From: Mobula hypostoma
Taxonomy: Eukaryota
Length of the DNA stretch: 64,000 nucleotides
Assembly: GCF_963921235.1 (NCBI RefSeq)
Contig: NC_086097.1
Coordinates: forward strand, 130,016,001-130,080,000
Direction of reading: 5' to 3'
Shown: one piece after another, positions 62,448 through 64,000 of the stretch
Position numbering within the stretch: the stretch's first letter is position 1
Layout of the letters: the number at the start of each line of letters is the position of its first letter
The notes under the pieces: generated by a model
Databases searched by the model: none
What the model was told of the DNA's origin: nothing
Seen by the model: only the letters and a program-made list of their open reading frames with translations
Made by a program: the position numbers and the translations under genes

Positions 62448-64000
62448 CTCAATGCTACCCCTGCCACTTGCTAATGAGGCCAGAAATAGGAAGATCATAT
62501 AAGTTAACATGTGGCTAAGGAGATGGTACAGGAGCGAGGCTTCAGATTTTTGGATCATTGGACTCTCTTCCAGGGACTTTCATTGGACTCTCTTCCTGTA
62601 CAGATGGTACAGTATGCACCTGAGCTGAAGGGGGACTAATATCCTAGCGGGAAGGTGGGGCGGGGTGGTAAACTCAAGTTGCAGAGAGATGGGAACCATA
62701 GCATCAGAACAGACAGTGGGGAGGTTGTGGATAAAGATGCTGTTAGGCTTCAAGCGAAGTCGGGAATCGAAAGGTTGTGCATGGTGGGACTAATGATCTG
62801 AGCTGCATATATTTCAGCACAAGGGACATTGTAGGAAAGAAGGATTACCTTAGGGCATGGAGCAGCACATCGAATTATGACAATGTAGCCATTTGTGAGA
62901 TTTGGTTGCAGGAGGGGCAAGACTGCCAGTTCAATGTTCCAGTGTTCTGTAGTTTTAGACACGACAGAGCAGGAGGGATGAAAGGGGAAGGGTGGCATTA
63001 CTAGTCAGGGAAAATGTCACAGCAGTACTTAGTCAGGACAGACTGGAGAGTTCATCTATTGAGGATTTATGAGTGGAACTCAGAAATAAGAAAAGGTATG
63101 ACCACGTTAATGGGATTATATTATAGACCACCCAACTATTTGTGGCATCAGAGGAGCAAATTTTTAAAGAGATCATAATCTATTGCAAGAAACACAAAGT
63201 TCTGATAATAGGTGATTTTACCCATAAATTGCAGGAGTTAAAGAACTGAGAGATCCAGAGAGGTGATGGAGGACGTGAAGAAAAAAACAGGAAATAACAG
63301 AGCTAAGAAATTTGATGCACCCATCTGGAGATGGGAAAGGCATGGGTGTCCATTCCAGCAGCAGTCATGATGTAAGCCGAGGTTGCGATGGAAGTAGAAT
63401 CTCAGCTCAGGCTCGAAGTTTGTCAAAGCAAGGAGTTTATTGCACCATGGTGTATATGACAATAAACTAATCTGAATCTGAACCTATAGGGAGCCTGCCC
63501 TGTTAAGGAAGGAAGTACAAGTCATCCTGAAAGCATGGAATTTGTTGAGGCCACATGACATTGGAGAACACTGTTCAAATTCACTGCAATCTGACTGTAC
63601 ATATATACAATCAAATGAAACAACGTTCCTCTGGACCACAGTGCACTCACAAAACATGTATCACACACAGCACATAAAATATTACTACAAATAAGTTAAT
63701 AAAATTCAAAATGCAAGATGCGGGCAGCACAGGTAAACGGTAAACAGCAGCTTTTGTCTTTCTTTGGTTAAGCAGCCTTGATGAACCTCAGCAGCCACCT
63801 CCAGCACCATTTAAGAATTAGGTGGTTGATGGAATGTCTAACATTTAAAAATGATGAATGAGAATATCTTATACGTGTGGGAGTATTGCTGAGTTCTTTG
63901 CAAATATATTTTCAAAATCACAACTTTGATAGCATGATTCATTATAATCACGAGCTGTGTAATTTAAGCCGTTGAAGCTATTCTATTATACAAAAGTAAA

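Larger units (their letters stand above)
57850..63225 (+). mobile_element. Old CR1 5' portion (ORF1 + start of ORF2), split at 58550 by a second CR1
   Basis: VECSYCRIWE..YTCKK (ORF1 N-terminus); ...AAISG at 58550 resumes as ..LPLPLA.. at 62450; later YDNVAICEIW and YRPP..IGDF remnants. Confidence 0.8.

Noticed and set aside
1..64000. CRISPR arrays, operons, rRNA or tRNA genes
   Set aside because: No repeat-spacer arrays or prokaryotic gene organisation; tRNA-like boxes occur only as decayed SINE heads.

Overview
Eukaryotic, intron-like DNA dominated by transposable elements. The repeat repertoire (CR1 LINEs with TTCTATG-type tails, Rex1/Babar-type LINEs, Penelope pieces with hammerhead motifs, V-/Deu-type SINEs, Tc1, Tigger and hAT) points to a cartilaginous fish, probably a ray (inference). 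Most ORFs in the track are TE fragments or their antisense shadows. Main points: (1) two well-bounded minus-strand coding exons (56735-56932, 46903-47114) join in frame into a peptide that by eye resembles the longin/DENN region of C9orf72. Weaker downstream exon candidates continue the resemblance, suggesting a divergent C9orf72-like gene crossing the window; this is unconfirmed. (2) A young CR1 has an intact 1009-codon ORF2 with no usable AUG, which overlaps ORF1 at a perfect -1 slippery heptamer (T TTA AAC, then TAG); an older CR1 has the same arrangement. (3) A near-identical inverted copy of that CR1 lies about 20 kb away, so the pair brackets one of the host exons. (4) Penelope-derived minimal hammerhead ribozymes, an RTE-derived SINE with its partner LINE tail, two solo LTRs, two full-length Tc1 elements and several nested insertions. 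All family calls and alignments are by eye; no search was run.
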